Below, piece after piece: positions 14,001 through 27,149 of a DNA stretch of 64,000 bases. Position 1 is the first letter of the stretch, and every line of letters begins with the position of its first letter. The stretch is from Lama guanicoe (taxonomy: Eukaryota). The notes beneath the pieces were generated by a model. That model saw only the letters and a list, made by a program, of their open reading frames with translations. It was not told the origin of the DNA and ran no database searches. The DNA lies in assembly GCA_013239625.1 (NCBI GenBank), contig MU054220.1:7413367-7477366 (forward strand), in the 5' to 3' direction. A program made the translations under genes and the position numbers.

Positions 14001-14690
14001 TCCAAGGCGTTGGGACTGACTGGATGGTAAAATAAGGCAGAATTTTCTCTCAAGGAATTCAAAATCAAGTCAGAGACATTAGTTAGTAACAAGTTCTTTA
14101 CCCTAAATTTCTTATCTGTAAACTGAGATTATTGTAACCCACATTAACCCATTGTTGTAAGGATTAGCTACAACACTAAGTACAATACTAAGAACATAAG
14201 CACTTAATTCTATTCTCTGTTACTAATTTAACCATTGTAGGAGTTGATCTCTCTTTGCTGTCTTTGGTCACCAATAATTTCTTCTTTATATCTTGCTCAG
14301 CCTCACTTCTAGGTAAGTGCCACTTCAGCTAGTTTCTGCTGTGTTTGCTAGAATGCAGTGCCTCAGTTGGCCTACCTTCACTGCTAGTGGGTACTTCTTG
14401 TATTTGAGACCCTGGATCCTGACATGGATTTTGTTGATAAGACTAGTGGGAGCATGCACATCTCTCAGGAACTTCAATTTGGATGAGTATCGCTACATCT
14501 TTCTGCCATATTTTTCGGGCCAGCCTACTTATTCTGTTGACATCCAGATTTCAAAGTTTTAAATGTCAAAGCTAAGCCATGACTATACTGAGGGTTCAGA
14601 AAGAAGACTCCCCTTCATTTTCATGGATCGCGTTAGAGGGAAGTAAAAGTGGAAATGCCTTGAAGACGAATGCTTAAATCCAGAGGGTTT

Positions 14691-14914
14691 TTTTCATACT
14701 CTTTTTTATTACGGATTACTATAAGCCATTGACTCTAGTTCTCTGTGCTATACAGTAGGGCTTCGTTGTTCATCTATTCTGCATGTACTAGTTTGAAATG
14801 TGTGTGTGTGTGTATATATACATATATATATATGTATGTATATATATAAACTGAATCACTAAGCCGTACACCAGAAACTAATACAACACTGTACATCACA
14901 AAGAAAAATGGGGG
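14691..14914 (+). mobile_element. Short L1 3' end with 5' inversion and an internal (TG)n(TA)n
   Basis: 14691-14795 is antisense L1 3' UTR and 14796-14914 is sense; flanked by AAATCCAGAGGGTTT and AAAACCAGAGGTTT. Confidence 0.75.
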
Positions 14915-15179
14915 AAAACCAGAGGTTTTGTTGCCAGTTCAGGAGTCTCTGGGAGATAGGCCAGTGGCAATTCTGAGTGAGACCTTGCTGTGCTAGAATC
15001 ATATATCTTTTTTCAGCAGAGATGGATATTTTTTAGCTGAAGCTTTCCCACTTCCTTAGGTCAGCTGGATAAGATACTCCTTCCCTGCCAGTTGGCCAGA
15101 CATAACCAAACAATCTGATTTCCAATCAAGGTTACCAAATTGTACCCCTCTGCTGCACAGACAAATCTCTAATGCCTAC

Positions 15180-15620
15180 TGTTAGAATACAGTTCTCCAT
15201 GATTTTTCACATTTGTGAGCAATGCAGTGAAGGCCATTTGTTCCCAGCTATCTTTTTAAGGATTTCTGTATAATACCCACCTTGGGAGACAGTGACAGTG
15301 TCCTTCTCTGGAGCCAAGGGAAGGCATGCTTCTTGCCCATTAGCAAGGATTCAGGTTTCCTAAGGTCAGGATCCCTTTGCTGTAGTGCAATCTACTGTGT
15401 GTGCTGGTGACATCTGGCCTTTTTGTGTCACCGTGCAGGGATTTGGACTTGGGGATCAGGCACAGTAACGTGTTGATCCTCTAGTGATGCTATTTCTTGC
15501 GAGTAATAAAGTCCTTTGTTTCTGACCTCAAGTCTTCTGCCAGCATCCACGTAACTGTGGCACGTTAACTTGTCAGCTTTCAAACAGGGAAAAATTTGAA
15601 ACGTTTCACCACTCTTCACA
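15180..15620 (+). mobile_element. ERV solo LTR (family unassigned)
   Basis: Starts TGTTAG and ends CA; has the LTR R/U5-like 'aataaagtcctttgtttctgacc'; no clear TSD. Confidence 0.6.
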
Positions 15621-16164
15621 CTTGTCTCGTAGTAAACATTCTAAATATGGCAGCTATTATTAGTCTTCCCTGCCTATCACTAAAATAAATCTCTGAGTTG
15701 GAATATATGGTGTCTAACTTGGCAATCTTCAAGAAGTCTGAAAGTTTTAAAATGCATTATGGAAAAAGGAATTTTGGTCTTGGAACTCTATGTTCTTTGA
15801 AAAGTTCTATAATTTCTCTGATTCCAAGACTTTTTTTTTTATTGATCTGCCTGCTTCATAAGGTGGTGGTACATATCAAATGAAAAAGTAGGTAACATGG
15901 CTTTGTAAACTGTGATGTTTATACAATGTAGGGTTGTACCTTCTGGGCACATGGGTTGGAATATTAGGGTCTAGAAATGATTCAAAAAGTCTTAACTTTA
16001 TATAAAAGTTTGATTTAAAAACATTCAAATCAGGGTGTTTAGGTAACAATATCACAGTGAAAAAAACACCTGAATAGAAAGCTGGAGCCAACAGCTTTGA
16101 TTTGATATCAAATATATTTAACATATCTGGTTCTTACCTTTCTCTCCTGTAAAATGCCTTAGGG

Positions 16165-16530
16165 TAATAGGGTGTTCTGGGTAGAATAATAATTTTCTAT
16201 TACTGATATAACAAATTTCCATAAACTTGGAGGCTTTAAACAACACAAATTTATTATGCTATCATTCTGCATTTTAGGTGTCTGACTCGGATCTTACTGG
16301 GCTAGAATAAAAACGTCCGCAAGACTGCATTCCTCTGTGAAAGCTCTAAGGAACAATGTCCTTCCTTCCTTTCCCAGTTTCTAAAGGCTGCTAACATTCC
16401 TTTGCTTGTGGTCAGCCCCGCTTCCCCCTTTAAAGCTGAAACATTACACTTTTTCTGACCATTTTTCCATAGTCACATCTTCCTGGGACCACGTCCTCCA
16501 CTGTGTGGTTAAATTGGACCCACTCCATTA
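16165..16530 (-). mobile_element. MaLR LTR (MLT1C/D-type)
   Basis: 'taacaaatttccataaacttggaggctttaaacaacacaaatttatt', 'ttcccagtttctaaaggctgctaacattcctttg'. Confidence 0.75.
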
Positions 16531-17930
16531 GTCTTGGATAACCACTGCAGGGTAACTCTTTTTGTGTGTGGGACAGTCCCTTACACCATAGGGACTTCCA
16601 TGGATGAGATGTCAGTTGGATGCCCAAGTCATTGTCCCTTTAGTTTTCAACACACTCCTTAGGGAGGCAACACTGACCACTAAATGGGTTCATCTCCTCA
16701 GACTCTTCCAATTTAAAGCTCTTGGTACACATATGCTTTCAGACATGTGGGTCTTCTCCTTAAATGCTAATAATGAATGTTTTAAACAACGGCCTTATCC
16801 GTTTCATCCAACATTACGATATGTTTACATTTCCCAGAATGCCTGGAGTGTAGGAGGTCACATGTGGAAAGAAAGCACCTCTTTGGCTATAAAAGAGATG
16901 AAAAGTGGAGGTTAGCGCTAGTTATATTTTTTCTGGAGCTATGCCTCTGTTATCTTTTAACATTTAATATCTGCAAATAGGCAAATGTTCCACGCTTTTC
17001 CAGTGGCTTAAGCATCTAAAATTTGAGTAGTATTCACTGGTCTCTAAGCTACTCCATTGGGAGGTGTGAAATGTAACATAACAGGCAGCTTTTGAGGATA
17101 AACTCTTATCCCTTGGTATGAAAATGATGCACTATGACTGCGAACGAAATGCCCATAACAAGTATAGAGACAAATTTAAGCATAGAACTCATTTTCTATA
17201 TCTTCTGAACATCATTTGTCACCCACTTTCCCTTGTCATGTTCCATACATTTTTATTGCTTTTTCAGTCTTAAACGAAATTGTTAGCAGGATGGTGGTGA
17301 GACATTATTAGACGATCCATTTCCACTGTAGTCACCATATGGGGTTTGTCATCCAAGTGTGGGTTGCAAAGTACGAGGATGGAAAAGTTACTCATTTCAT
17401 CTAATGTACAAAGAACCTGATAAAATTTGTCCTTTACTACTTTAATCTGCCTTGTATGTCTCTAATCCACGGTGACTTGAATAATACTTAAGTCTGTGGC
17501 AAAATAGACAGTGATATGAAAATACAGGAAAAAATGACAACAAGGTTGTTTCCTATTTCAGTTACTGTTATGTTTGCTAGGCCCAGTGATTTGTTATAAG
17601 CAAGACGAGGGGACAACATTGTCACTGCCATTGGCTCAGTGAGCCACACTGAAGCAAGGTGTCCAAATCAATCTCTTTTGCACATGAGGAAAATGTACAT
17701 TTTAAACATGTGAGGGAAGAAACTCTTTTAAAAATCATCTACCAACTACTTCCAAAGTTTATTAAAAAAGACTTTTACCTGCTTCTTTGATTGGCATTAT
17801 GTATATTTTTAGAACTGTATATTAGTATGGTTAGTATCCACATGGTTATTTATAAGTTGGAGAAAAATAAGGCAGAAGTGATGACAAATTGGATAATAGA
17901 AGTATCGTTTTAATATATTATCTGAGTTAG

Positions 17931-18112
17931 TGCAGGGTTTCTGAATCTTAGCATAATTGACATTTGGATCAGATGAGTTTTTGTTATGGGGTGGTCACAT
18001 TCATTGCAGAATGTCAGCAGCAACTTCCTCTGCTAGTTGTGACCATCAAAAACATACAAACACTACAAAGTGTTGTCTGGAGGGTAACATCACCCAGAGT
18101 TGAGAGCCACTG
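17931..18112. mobile_element. MER20-like hAT MITE
   Basis: 'cagggtttctgaatcttagcataattgacatttgg...gttgagagccactg'. Confidence 0.75.
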
Positions 18113-18339
18113 ATTTAGAGCTTGACAGTTTTTCTAAGTGTTTCTCTCTACTTTATCTCATTCTAACTTCACATGAACCCTAAAAATAGGTGATGTATTT
18201 TAGGAATGAGAAACAGAAATCTTCGGGAATTAAGTGAATTATGAAGGTAACACAACTACTGAATGGCACTATGAAGACAGCAATTCATGTCTTTTATCTT
18301 CAATATAGTGTGTTTCTTTTTTCCCCCCAACTCCCTTGG

Positions 18340-18522
18340 CCAGTGGTTTTGCAACCTTGTTGTGCATCAGAACCGAATGCAGGGCTTAATATAGTACTTA
18401 ATGCCTGGTCCCATCCCTGAATTATTTGAGTCACAAGGTCTAAATTAGAGCTCAATAATCTGTATTTCCAACTAGCTCTCAGGTGATTCTGATGCTACTT
18501 TCCCACACTTTGAGACTTGCTA
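18340..18522. mobile_element. MER5A-like hAT MITE
   Basis: 'cagtggttttgcaaccttg...catcagaa...ctctcaggtgattctgatgc...cacactttgaga'. Confidence 0.75.
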
Positions 18523-20059
18523 GACTAGACTCCATTGAAATGTGTCTTGCTTAACATTGTACAGTGAGTCCAATACACTTCCCCAAGGCCCAGTCTCTTC
18601 CCTGATCGTGAGTAATCTGCAGAATTTGAGTTTCTCTAAGCATGTGTTGAGGATTGTGACAACAGGTGATGAGCTTATGACAACAGGCAATGAGAGTGAC
18701 TCTGAACGCTTTTACTTGGAGGTCCAGAACTTACGTTTACAGTCCATTAGAATGCCTCTCTTGAGATATCTTTTTGCAAAAATAAAAAGTAACAAAAATA
18801 AAAAATAAAAAAATAAAATTGGATCCCCACTAATTTTGTAGACACTTTGTGGTATAACTTTGGAATAGTTCCTTCAGTTCTCCCATTGATTTTTAATTAC
18901 TTTATGTATAATATAAGGGTTTTTAACATAGATGATCACTTCCAACGTCTATATTCCATTATTACTGTAACATTTTTTAATGCATTTAAACTAAGATGAA
19001 AGAATTAGTGACATTTCTTATTTTTCTCTTCATGGATATCTGAAAAGCCATGTATTTATATAACAGACTCAGTCAGTAAACTTCAGGTGCTGCCAGTGGG
19101 ATCTCAAGACCTTGTACTTTTCCTTATTGTCCAGCTGAGAAATCCAATTTCTCATTTCTTTGTATGAGTATAATCTGCCTGTTATTGTTTTTTCCCAATC
19201 TCTCCTTCAGTATTAAATATCTTCAAATTCTGTTCTAAAGTTCTCACTATATTTCAAAACTTATCCTACTTTTTATATAAATGTGTCAATCAAAAAAAAA
19301 TGTCTAGAACTAATTACATAGCAACTGGCTAAAGATCAGCAGGTTTTTCTTTTTTCCCTCAGTTGACATAAATGAATGTATAGTTTACCTGAAGAAAATA
19401 CCATCATCCTTTGGCAACAGAAAAACATGATTCTGTCTTTGATCATTTCAACTGGGGAACGTTTTTGTCACCTGTGTATAACACTGGAAACAATTTTGTT
19501 GGTCATGTAAATCCCCATCAGCCTTTGTGAATCACTTAGCTACAGCAAGCAGAGATTAAATCATTTAAATGAGGAATGCTGTAATGCCAACAAAGGGGAG
19601 AGTTCTCATGGTTTTGTGTTTGCTTTCTCTGTGACTCATAGTCTGTGCTTTATTGTTTTTTTTTTTTTCAGCAAAGACTATATCTGAGCAAGGGGTCTCT
19701 GAGCAGTGAAGTGATAGAAACTGCATTAAGATCATTGCTATAATTTTCCTTAAGATAAATGCAAATTGTTAGCTACTTATCTAAATTATCCCTTATCTCG
19801 CTAATGCAGAAACTGCCACAGTTAGCCATGATGCCTCTCAATTTCAGAAAAGCATTACCTAGGAAAACAGCAGATTGCACAAGTGAGAAAATAGAAAAAT
19901 GATGATAAAATCCTCTATTGTGTTCTCTGCAGCCATTGGAACTGCATTCAGGCAAAATCTTATCACATCAACATTGAGATAAACACAATGCGAGAGCACT
20001 GCAGGGCACTGGGGTTGTAGTGCAATGAGGCTGGCTCCCCTGGTCACCCTCGCTTTGCC

Positions 20060-20230
20060 CAACTACAGGTTGAGTGACCTGGAACAAGTTGTTTGACTTC
20101 TCAGTCTTTTGATATTCACATCTGTAAAATGTAAATAAGAGTAGCTCCTGTCGCATAATGATTGTGTTATATATGAGGAAGCTTTATAGCACCTTGTAAG
20201 CCACATAATGTAGTCTTAACAAATATGTAT
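20060..20230 (+). mobile_element. MIR SINE
   Basis: MIR core-like 'gtgacctggaacaagttgtttgacttctcag...catctgtaaaatg'. Confidence 0.65.
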
Positions 20231-21189
20231 TTTTATTGCTCAAGCAGTAATCTCTGTTAAATTTGTTTAGCCTGTTTCCTTGTTGTAGAGGAATCATAAG
20301 TCATCAATGATAAAAATAAACTAATTTGGATTCAAAGTTATATCACTTTTTCAGATAAATTGCTTTTTGTACTAAGATTTAATTTAATTCAACAAGTCTT
20401 TCTCAAACACATACTGTGTGCCTACCACAAAGCTATACGGATTAAAAAACAAAAAAAACAAAAAGCTGAGGCTATGATGGCAAGATTGTTCACTGTGTTT
20501 AGGTTTAAAGAAATATTCTTATCTTTAAAATGGTAATCATAAAATTGCTTTATGTATTTCACAATCATATTGTGGACAGTAATATAAGGTTATTACTCTA
20601 TTAACTCATTCAAGATCAGATTTCCAGTTACAAAATAATGGATACTGACATACATAATCATATAATTTAAAGTACAATATCAAAACCAAAGACTCAAATG
20701 TAAAAAGATCATATTGAAAAGGTGTAGACATCATCTCAGAAAATCCACTCAAAAGATAATTTTTAATTATATGACAGACAACATCTGAATACTATATCAA
20801 GCTTCGTCAAAGCTGAGCATCACCTTTGAATAAGGGGGTTACTCAATAGATGAGTAGGTTTTAACATACCATAAATTATTTTAATGCCAGGCACTACTGA
20901 TAACTGACAAAAGATATCAGAAAGGAAGAACTGGGCAGTAAGAATGTGTCACTGGGTCTCGACATCACTCAGGAACACAGGGCTTGATTTTAGTAACCGA
21001 TGTCAATTTTTTCTCAGATTCTCATACTCAAGTGCTTTCGTTGGTTGCTGTTGTAGAGCTAAGAGGTAACGTATAAAAGGTGTATGATATTAGATGAGGA
21101 AAGGGTACATTTCCTCTCTACAATTACTGAAATTTAAAAATATTCAACATCATGTGGGTCAAACAGAATGCTTTCAATGGCGAGACTGG

Positions 21190-23520
21190 ATTCTTTGGCT
21201 GAAGAATAGAGACAGTGGAAGATGGAGGAGAAGGAAGCACCAGGATCTGTCTCCCCACCTGGCCAACAATTGCACTGGCAGAATCTCTCTGCAGCCTATG
21301 GAAGTCTTGTAATTTCCAGGGGAAGGCTTGGATGGTAAATTGTGGTTAATTTGGTCAATTACATTTTGACCAAAAGAAAGAATCAGAAAACTTGAAGACA
21401 GGACAATGGAGATGACCAAGTCTGAGGAGCAGAAAGAGAAACTAGATTAAAGAAAAGTGACCAGAGCCTAAGGGACATGTGGGATACCTTCAAATAGATA
21501 CGTACATTGTGGAAGTCCCAGGAGGAGAATAGAAAGAGAGGGACAGTAATAGTATTTGGAAACAAATAATAGCTTAAAGCTTTCCCAATTTGATGAGAGA
21601 GATGAATAAAAGCATCCAAGGTCAACAAACCACAAGTAGGATGAACTCAAAGAGACCCACACTGAGACATATTATAATCAAAGGTTGAAATACCAAAAAC
21701 AGAGAATCTTGAAGGCAGTAAGAGAGAAATGACTTATCACAATCAAAGGCTCCTCAAGATTATCAAATTTCTCACAGAAAATTTGAGGGCCAGAAGACAG
21801 TGGACTAATATACCCAAAGTGCTAAAAGAAGAAAAAAAGTCCTGTTAGGCAAAACTGTCCTTCAAAAATGAGGGAGAAATTAAGACATTCCCAGATAAGT
21901 AAAAGCTGTTTGAGTTCTTTACCTCTAGACTTGTCCTGCAAGAAATGCTCAAGGGGGTCCTGCACGATGAAATGAAAGGACCCTGGACCATAATTGGAAG
22001 AAGTATGAAGAAATAAAGATCGCAATAAAGTCAATGCATAGACTATAATCAAATATAATATTATTGCAACAACAGTTTATAATGCTCACTTTTTGTTTTC
22101 CACATGATTTAAAAGACTTAACATATTAAAAACAAAGCAATTATTAGTCTAAAACCTAGGTGTTATTATAACTTTGGTTTGTAACTCAACATGTTGCTTG
22201 CTACATAATTTAAGAGAATTATTAGTTTATGTTTTTGAGTATAAAGGTATAAAGATGTAATTTTGTGACATTAACAACCAAAAGGGGTGGGAATGGAGCT
22301 ATTAAGTACCAGAGTTTTTGTAGGTTATTGAAGTGAAGCAGGTCTAAATGCAAATTGGAGTGTTACAATTTTGGGATGTTAAATGTAATTCTTGTGGCAA
22401 ACAAAGAAAAGAGCTGTAGGATATATACAAAGTGATATGAGAAAGAAATAAACATTTCCCTACAAAGAATTAACTACACATAAAAAACACTAATGCAGGA
22501 AATAAGGTACAGAAAAGCTATAAGCATATGTTTTTTGTTCCTCATTTCCGGCATCACTGTCTCATTTTGTGTTAATCCCTCCTTATCAGTTATTATGTTA
22601 AATGTAGATAGATTAAACTCTCCAATCAAAAGATGAAGATTAAAAGAATGAATAAAAACACAGGATCCAACTATATGCTGTCTACAAGAGACTCGTACAT
22701 AGAACTTGTACAGATATTGCTCCAGAAGACACACAAATGGCCAATAGGCCCATGAAAAGATGCTCGGCATTAATGATCTTTAGAGAAAGGCAAATCAGAA
22801 CTACAGTGAGATACCGCCTCACAGCATTAGGATGGCTACTATCAAAAACCCTCAGAAAATAACAAGTGTTCACAGGGATATATAGAAATTGGAATCCTGG
22901 TGCATTGTTGAGGATGTAAAATGGTACAGCCACCGCGGAAAACATTGCTGTCATTCCTCAACAAATTAAAAATAGAATTACTACGTGATGCAGCCATTCT
23001 GCTTCTGATTATATACCCAAACAATCGAAAGAGATCTTTATATACTCATGTTTGTTACAACGTTACTTACAGTAGCCAAAACGTGCAAGGAACCCAAGTG
23101 CCCATTGATAGATGAATAGATAAAAAATAGTATACACATACAATGGAATATTATTCCTCCTTAAAAGGAAAATAATTCCTCAATATGCTACAACATGGGT
23201 GGACCTTGAGGACATAATACTAAGTGAAATAAGCCAGTCACAAAAAGACAATTATTGTATAATTCCATTTATATGAGGTACTTAGTCAAAACTATAGAGA
23301 CAGAAAGTGGAATGATGGTTGCTGGGGCTCAAGGGAGGGACGGCGAGTCACTGTTTAATGGGTATAAAGTGTTAGTTTTACAAGAAGAGAAGAGTTATGG
23401 AGATGGATGGTGACGATAGTTGCACAGCATTACGAATTTTCTTAATATCACTAAACTTTAAACTCTAAAATGATTAGGATGGTAAATTTTACATTGTGAG
23501 TATTCTACCACAATAAAAAA
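21190..23520 (+). mobile_element. Collapsed L1 (L1MB-like): 5' UTR piece, ORF1 C-terminal part, inter-ORF region, ORF2 endonuclease start, ORF2 C-terminus and 3' UTR
   Basis: 'aagatggagg' 5' motif; ORF1-like 'agacccacactgagacatattataatcaaa'; EN-like LNVDRLNSPIKR and DPTICCLQET at ~22598-22695; EDTQMANRPMKRCS at ~22725; aataaa at 23512; many stops and frameshifts. Confidence 0.85.
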
Positions 23521-24071
23521 TTGGGGAAAATTATGGACACTGAGATTAAAATCCCAGACATATGCGTAGAGCAGGAAAGAGCATATAGATTTAGACCCAC
23601 AGGTTATATGGGACACACAGTTTATGAGAAATCATAATTTTCCTTCCTGAGAGTTTACGGTAAAAATCTTTCAATATTTGGTCCAGTTATTTCATTTTAT
23701 TTTCCAGGTTACACCAAGGCAGTTCATCTATTGTTGGTCTATATATTGGACTTGGATATTATTTCAATAAAGTGTTTTGCTGCTAAAATATTTTAAGAAC
23801 CACTGTTTTAAAGCAAACACATTTCAAGATGCAAATGGTTATTATTATCCCTTGCTTTTTTCCTTTAACTGCTTCACATTCTTCTTCTTTTTTCTCTTTA
23901 ACAGATTCAATTCTTAATCTTAAAAAGCAACCTCAAAATTACCTGGCTATGAAAGCTGTTTCTCAGCTTCTCCTGAGTCTTCTTAGCTTCAGGCTAGGTT
24001 GTGATCCAAGGCCATCTTCCAAGTTCACTTTGGGCACGTTACTCAAGGTCATTATTTCTATGACCACCATT

Positions 24072-24187
24072 TGTTTTCTTCTGGGGGAAGGCAATTAGGG
24101 TTTATTTGTTAATAGAGGACCTGGGGATTGAACCCAGGACCTTGGGCATGCTGAGCATGCCCTCTACCACTGAGCTATACCCATCCC
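24072..24187 (-). mobile_element. tRNA-derived SINE (vic-1/ALPINE type)
   Basis: 'ctggggattgaacccaggacc...ccactgagctatacccatccc'; CCATTTG on both flanks. Confidence 0.9.
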
Positions 24188-24753
24188 AATGGCCATTTGA
24201 ATAGCTTGATTCTGGAGCCATTTTTTCAAGCATCTCAGTTTCTCTCTCACACCATTTCTTCTTATCTTTTAGAGGATGGCTTATAGGAAGAGAAGACAAG
24301 CTAATTATATTTTCCTAAAATTAGATCTCTATCCCAGACAAAGGAAATCTATTGTTTCTTCAATGGGGAGTGGGGTTAGGTGACAGGGTGTAGGGAATGG
24401 CACTGCTCCTGTCACTTCACTGCTCTGGTGGACTGGGGCTGCTGCCTTTCCCTAACAATTTATTCTCTATCATTTATGGATTTGTCCTCAACAATCCTGT
24501 TAGGAGCAACATTCCTTGACGTCAGGGATTTTGTCTGTTTCATTTTGGGGTTACCTTCCTTTCACCAACATGACTGAAGACTAGTAAATTTCAAAAAGAA
24601 GACATTTAAAAATATTTACGGGAAAGCATAAAGAAATGAAAGTGCATCATGAAAGGATCTAAGGAGATTAACTTTATCTGTGATTAAAACTAATATTGTA
24701 ATTACTCTGCAAGTAGGTGTGTATGTGATATTTGAATAATGCCTAGCTGGTCT

Positions 24754-24783
24754 ACACACACACACACACACACATGCACACAC
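24754..24783. repeat. (CA)n microsatellite
   Basis: Seen directly. Confidence 0.95.
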
Positions 24784-27149
24784 AGTATGTGAAGATAAAG
24801 CTTTGCATGGGTCCATGTTTTCTGTCACTGTGACCTCTGTATCTGAGAACATATTTTACATGAATAAACTAATTTATACTAAACTCATTTTTTTTTGGTA
24901 TTACAATATATGTAGCATTGGAAGGAATTAACTATGTCTATTGAGAAGCAACTTTTGTCTAACTTTGCCATGTTGCTCACTGACTTGTCATTATTTGACT
25001 ATAAATTAATTCACTTTGGCACTGAATCTCTGTACATATTTATGACTTAAGACATCAGGCAAAACTTCAGAGTGGGGGTAGAGAAGGGCACTTATAATTT
25101 GAGACTCATAAAGAAATGGTTTTATGAGGACAGTAATACCTTGGATGGGTTTTGAACAAATTTATTGCCTTCTCCTGGAAGAGCTTAATGTAAGAGTTAT
25201 AAAAGATGCCCAAGTGCAGGGCCATCACTCATTCGCGAAAAGAAGACTGAATGGATAAATAAACGGTCAATGATTTGTTTTATGCCCACAGTAGCTTAAC
25301 CACAACCCTTTATAATATTTTAGCACAAAGATATTTATGAAGAGGCATTAATATCTCAGCACATACCTTGATGGCAGTGCTGAAATGCCTGTAATATATT
25401 TTCAAACTATTTTTATTTGGAAATAACAAATTATCGATTAACATTTGTAGTCAAATCTACTTTATCTTGAAATAAGAATGAGTTTAAGAACATAACATCA
25501 ATTTTAATCGATTATCAGACTGACACATTTTTAAATGACTGTAATTGATGGTGAATATATTCACAAATTGTTTACCCTAAGAAACAAAGAAGAATCATTG
25601 TTCTCTAAGATGATAAAATAGTTCATTTTTTTTTCAACATAACTGAAATTCAACTACCATAATATTTAGTGGCCATGACTATATGCAGATTAACTGATTT
25701 AAGTTAATTCCTCAGGTAATTTAAGTTTTAGAAACATTCAATTTCATGAAATGCTTCTGTATAGTAACTTGAACAGAGCCACAGTATAACAAACAATGAA
25801 TATATATGTGTTATTTTTGTCTATGTGTCACCAAACAACTGGCTATCAGTTTTTTTGTTTCAATAGTCCTTTAAGGATGATTTAGAAGTAAACATAACAG
25901 CATAGAGACACCATGTTTTGTGTAATATGATCTGAGGTTTTTTTTCCTAACGTGATGTAAGTTTTCTTAATACGATCTTAAACAACTCCTCAATTTTTTT
26001 GGAAAAAAAAACTCAGCTATACGAGGACAAACTAATTTAATCCTATTTTCTTAAACTCTCATGTCTGATGTCCCCTGAAAGCCAAAAAAAAAAAAATGAT
26101 GTGAAGGAAATTGTGCTGTGTGAAATATCTGGTGTAATTTATGACTATGTTATTGAACACAGAATAAACTTAAGCAACTCTACTTACTACCAAGGTGACT
26201 AACAACGGAAAATCAAATACTGTTATTGGATAGTAGAAGCATACAGCGGTCCCTTTGTCCTTGGCTTGTTCATCTCTGTATTTTCTCTACACTATCTAAG
26301 TGGACAACAAAAGAAGGTTTTAGAGTTGAATTAGTTACCAGCACTATGAAATGCCATAATTATTCCAGGAAAGCAGCAGAATTATTATAAGCAATAGTTA
26401 ACGTGTTTATGAAATGGGCCAAACTATCTGAGGGTTTTTCTAAAATCTTATTTGGCCAGGAAGAGTTTCTTTAATTACCATCCAAAGAATTACTTTCCTG
26501 CCATGGTTTTATGAGTCTGCTAGCTCAATCCCCATTTAAAAGATAATAAAGTAAGAGAGATGAGATCTAGATTCCTCCCCCTTCCCAAGGATATGCAACA
26601 GATAAATCTTGAATTTAGGCTTGAATTTAGGTTTATTGACACCCTCTGACGCCTATTATTCTAAATTATGGTTAACAAAGATGGATGTAGCAATGCTTTG
26701 TACTTAGCCATATATTTATTTCTGATATTTCCAAGTAATACATAATTATACTGCTACCACAATAAATGACAAGGAATCTAAAGCAGTTTAGATCTTACTC
26801 TGGAATTCATCAAACTCAGAAGTTCTGAAACCAGTCATGAGTTTAAAGCTGTACTCTGACACTAAGGTGCCTTTTTACTGTTTATTTATCTGCCTCCTTT
26901 ATAGTCGAGGATACAGGAGGGTAGGGACTCAACCTGGTTCACTCACCACTGTATCCTAAACAATTCACCAGGATAGGTGCATAGTAGATGCTAAGTAAGT
27001 ATTAGTTGATCAAATAAATGAACTCGAGGGGAGAAAAATATATGCTGAATTTCATTAAACAAATATGTTGTAAAAAATAAGAAGAAATTCAAGGGAAAGA
27101 AATCAACAGTCCCCCAAAGGTCCCCGTTTAACTTTGTGCCCAGCATTAT

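Noticed and set aside
19388..19471. Possible minus-strand exon ending in CAG|GTAAAC
   Set aside because: Stops in all three frames and a weak acceptor
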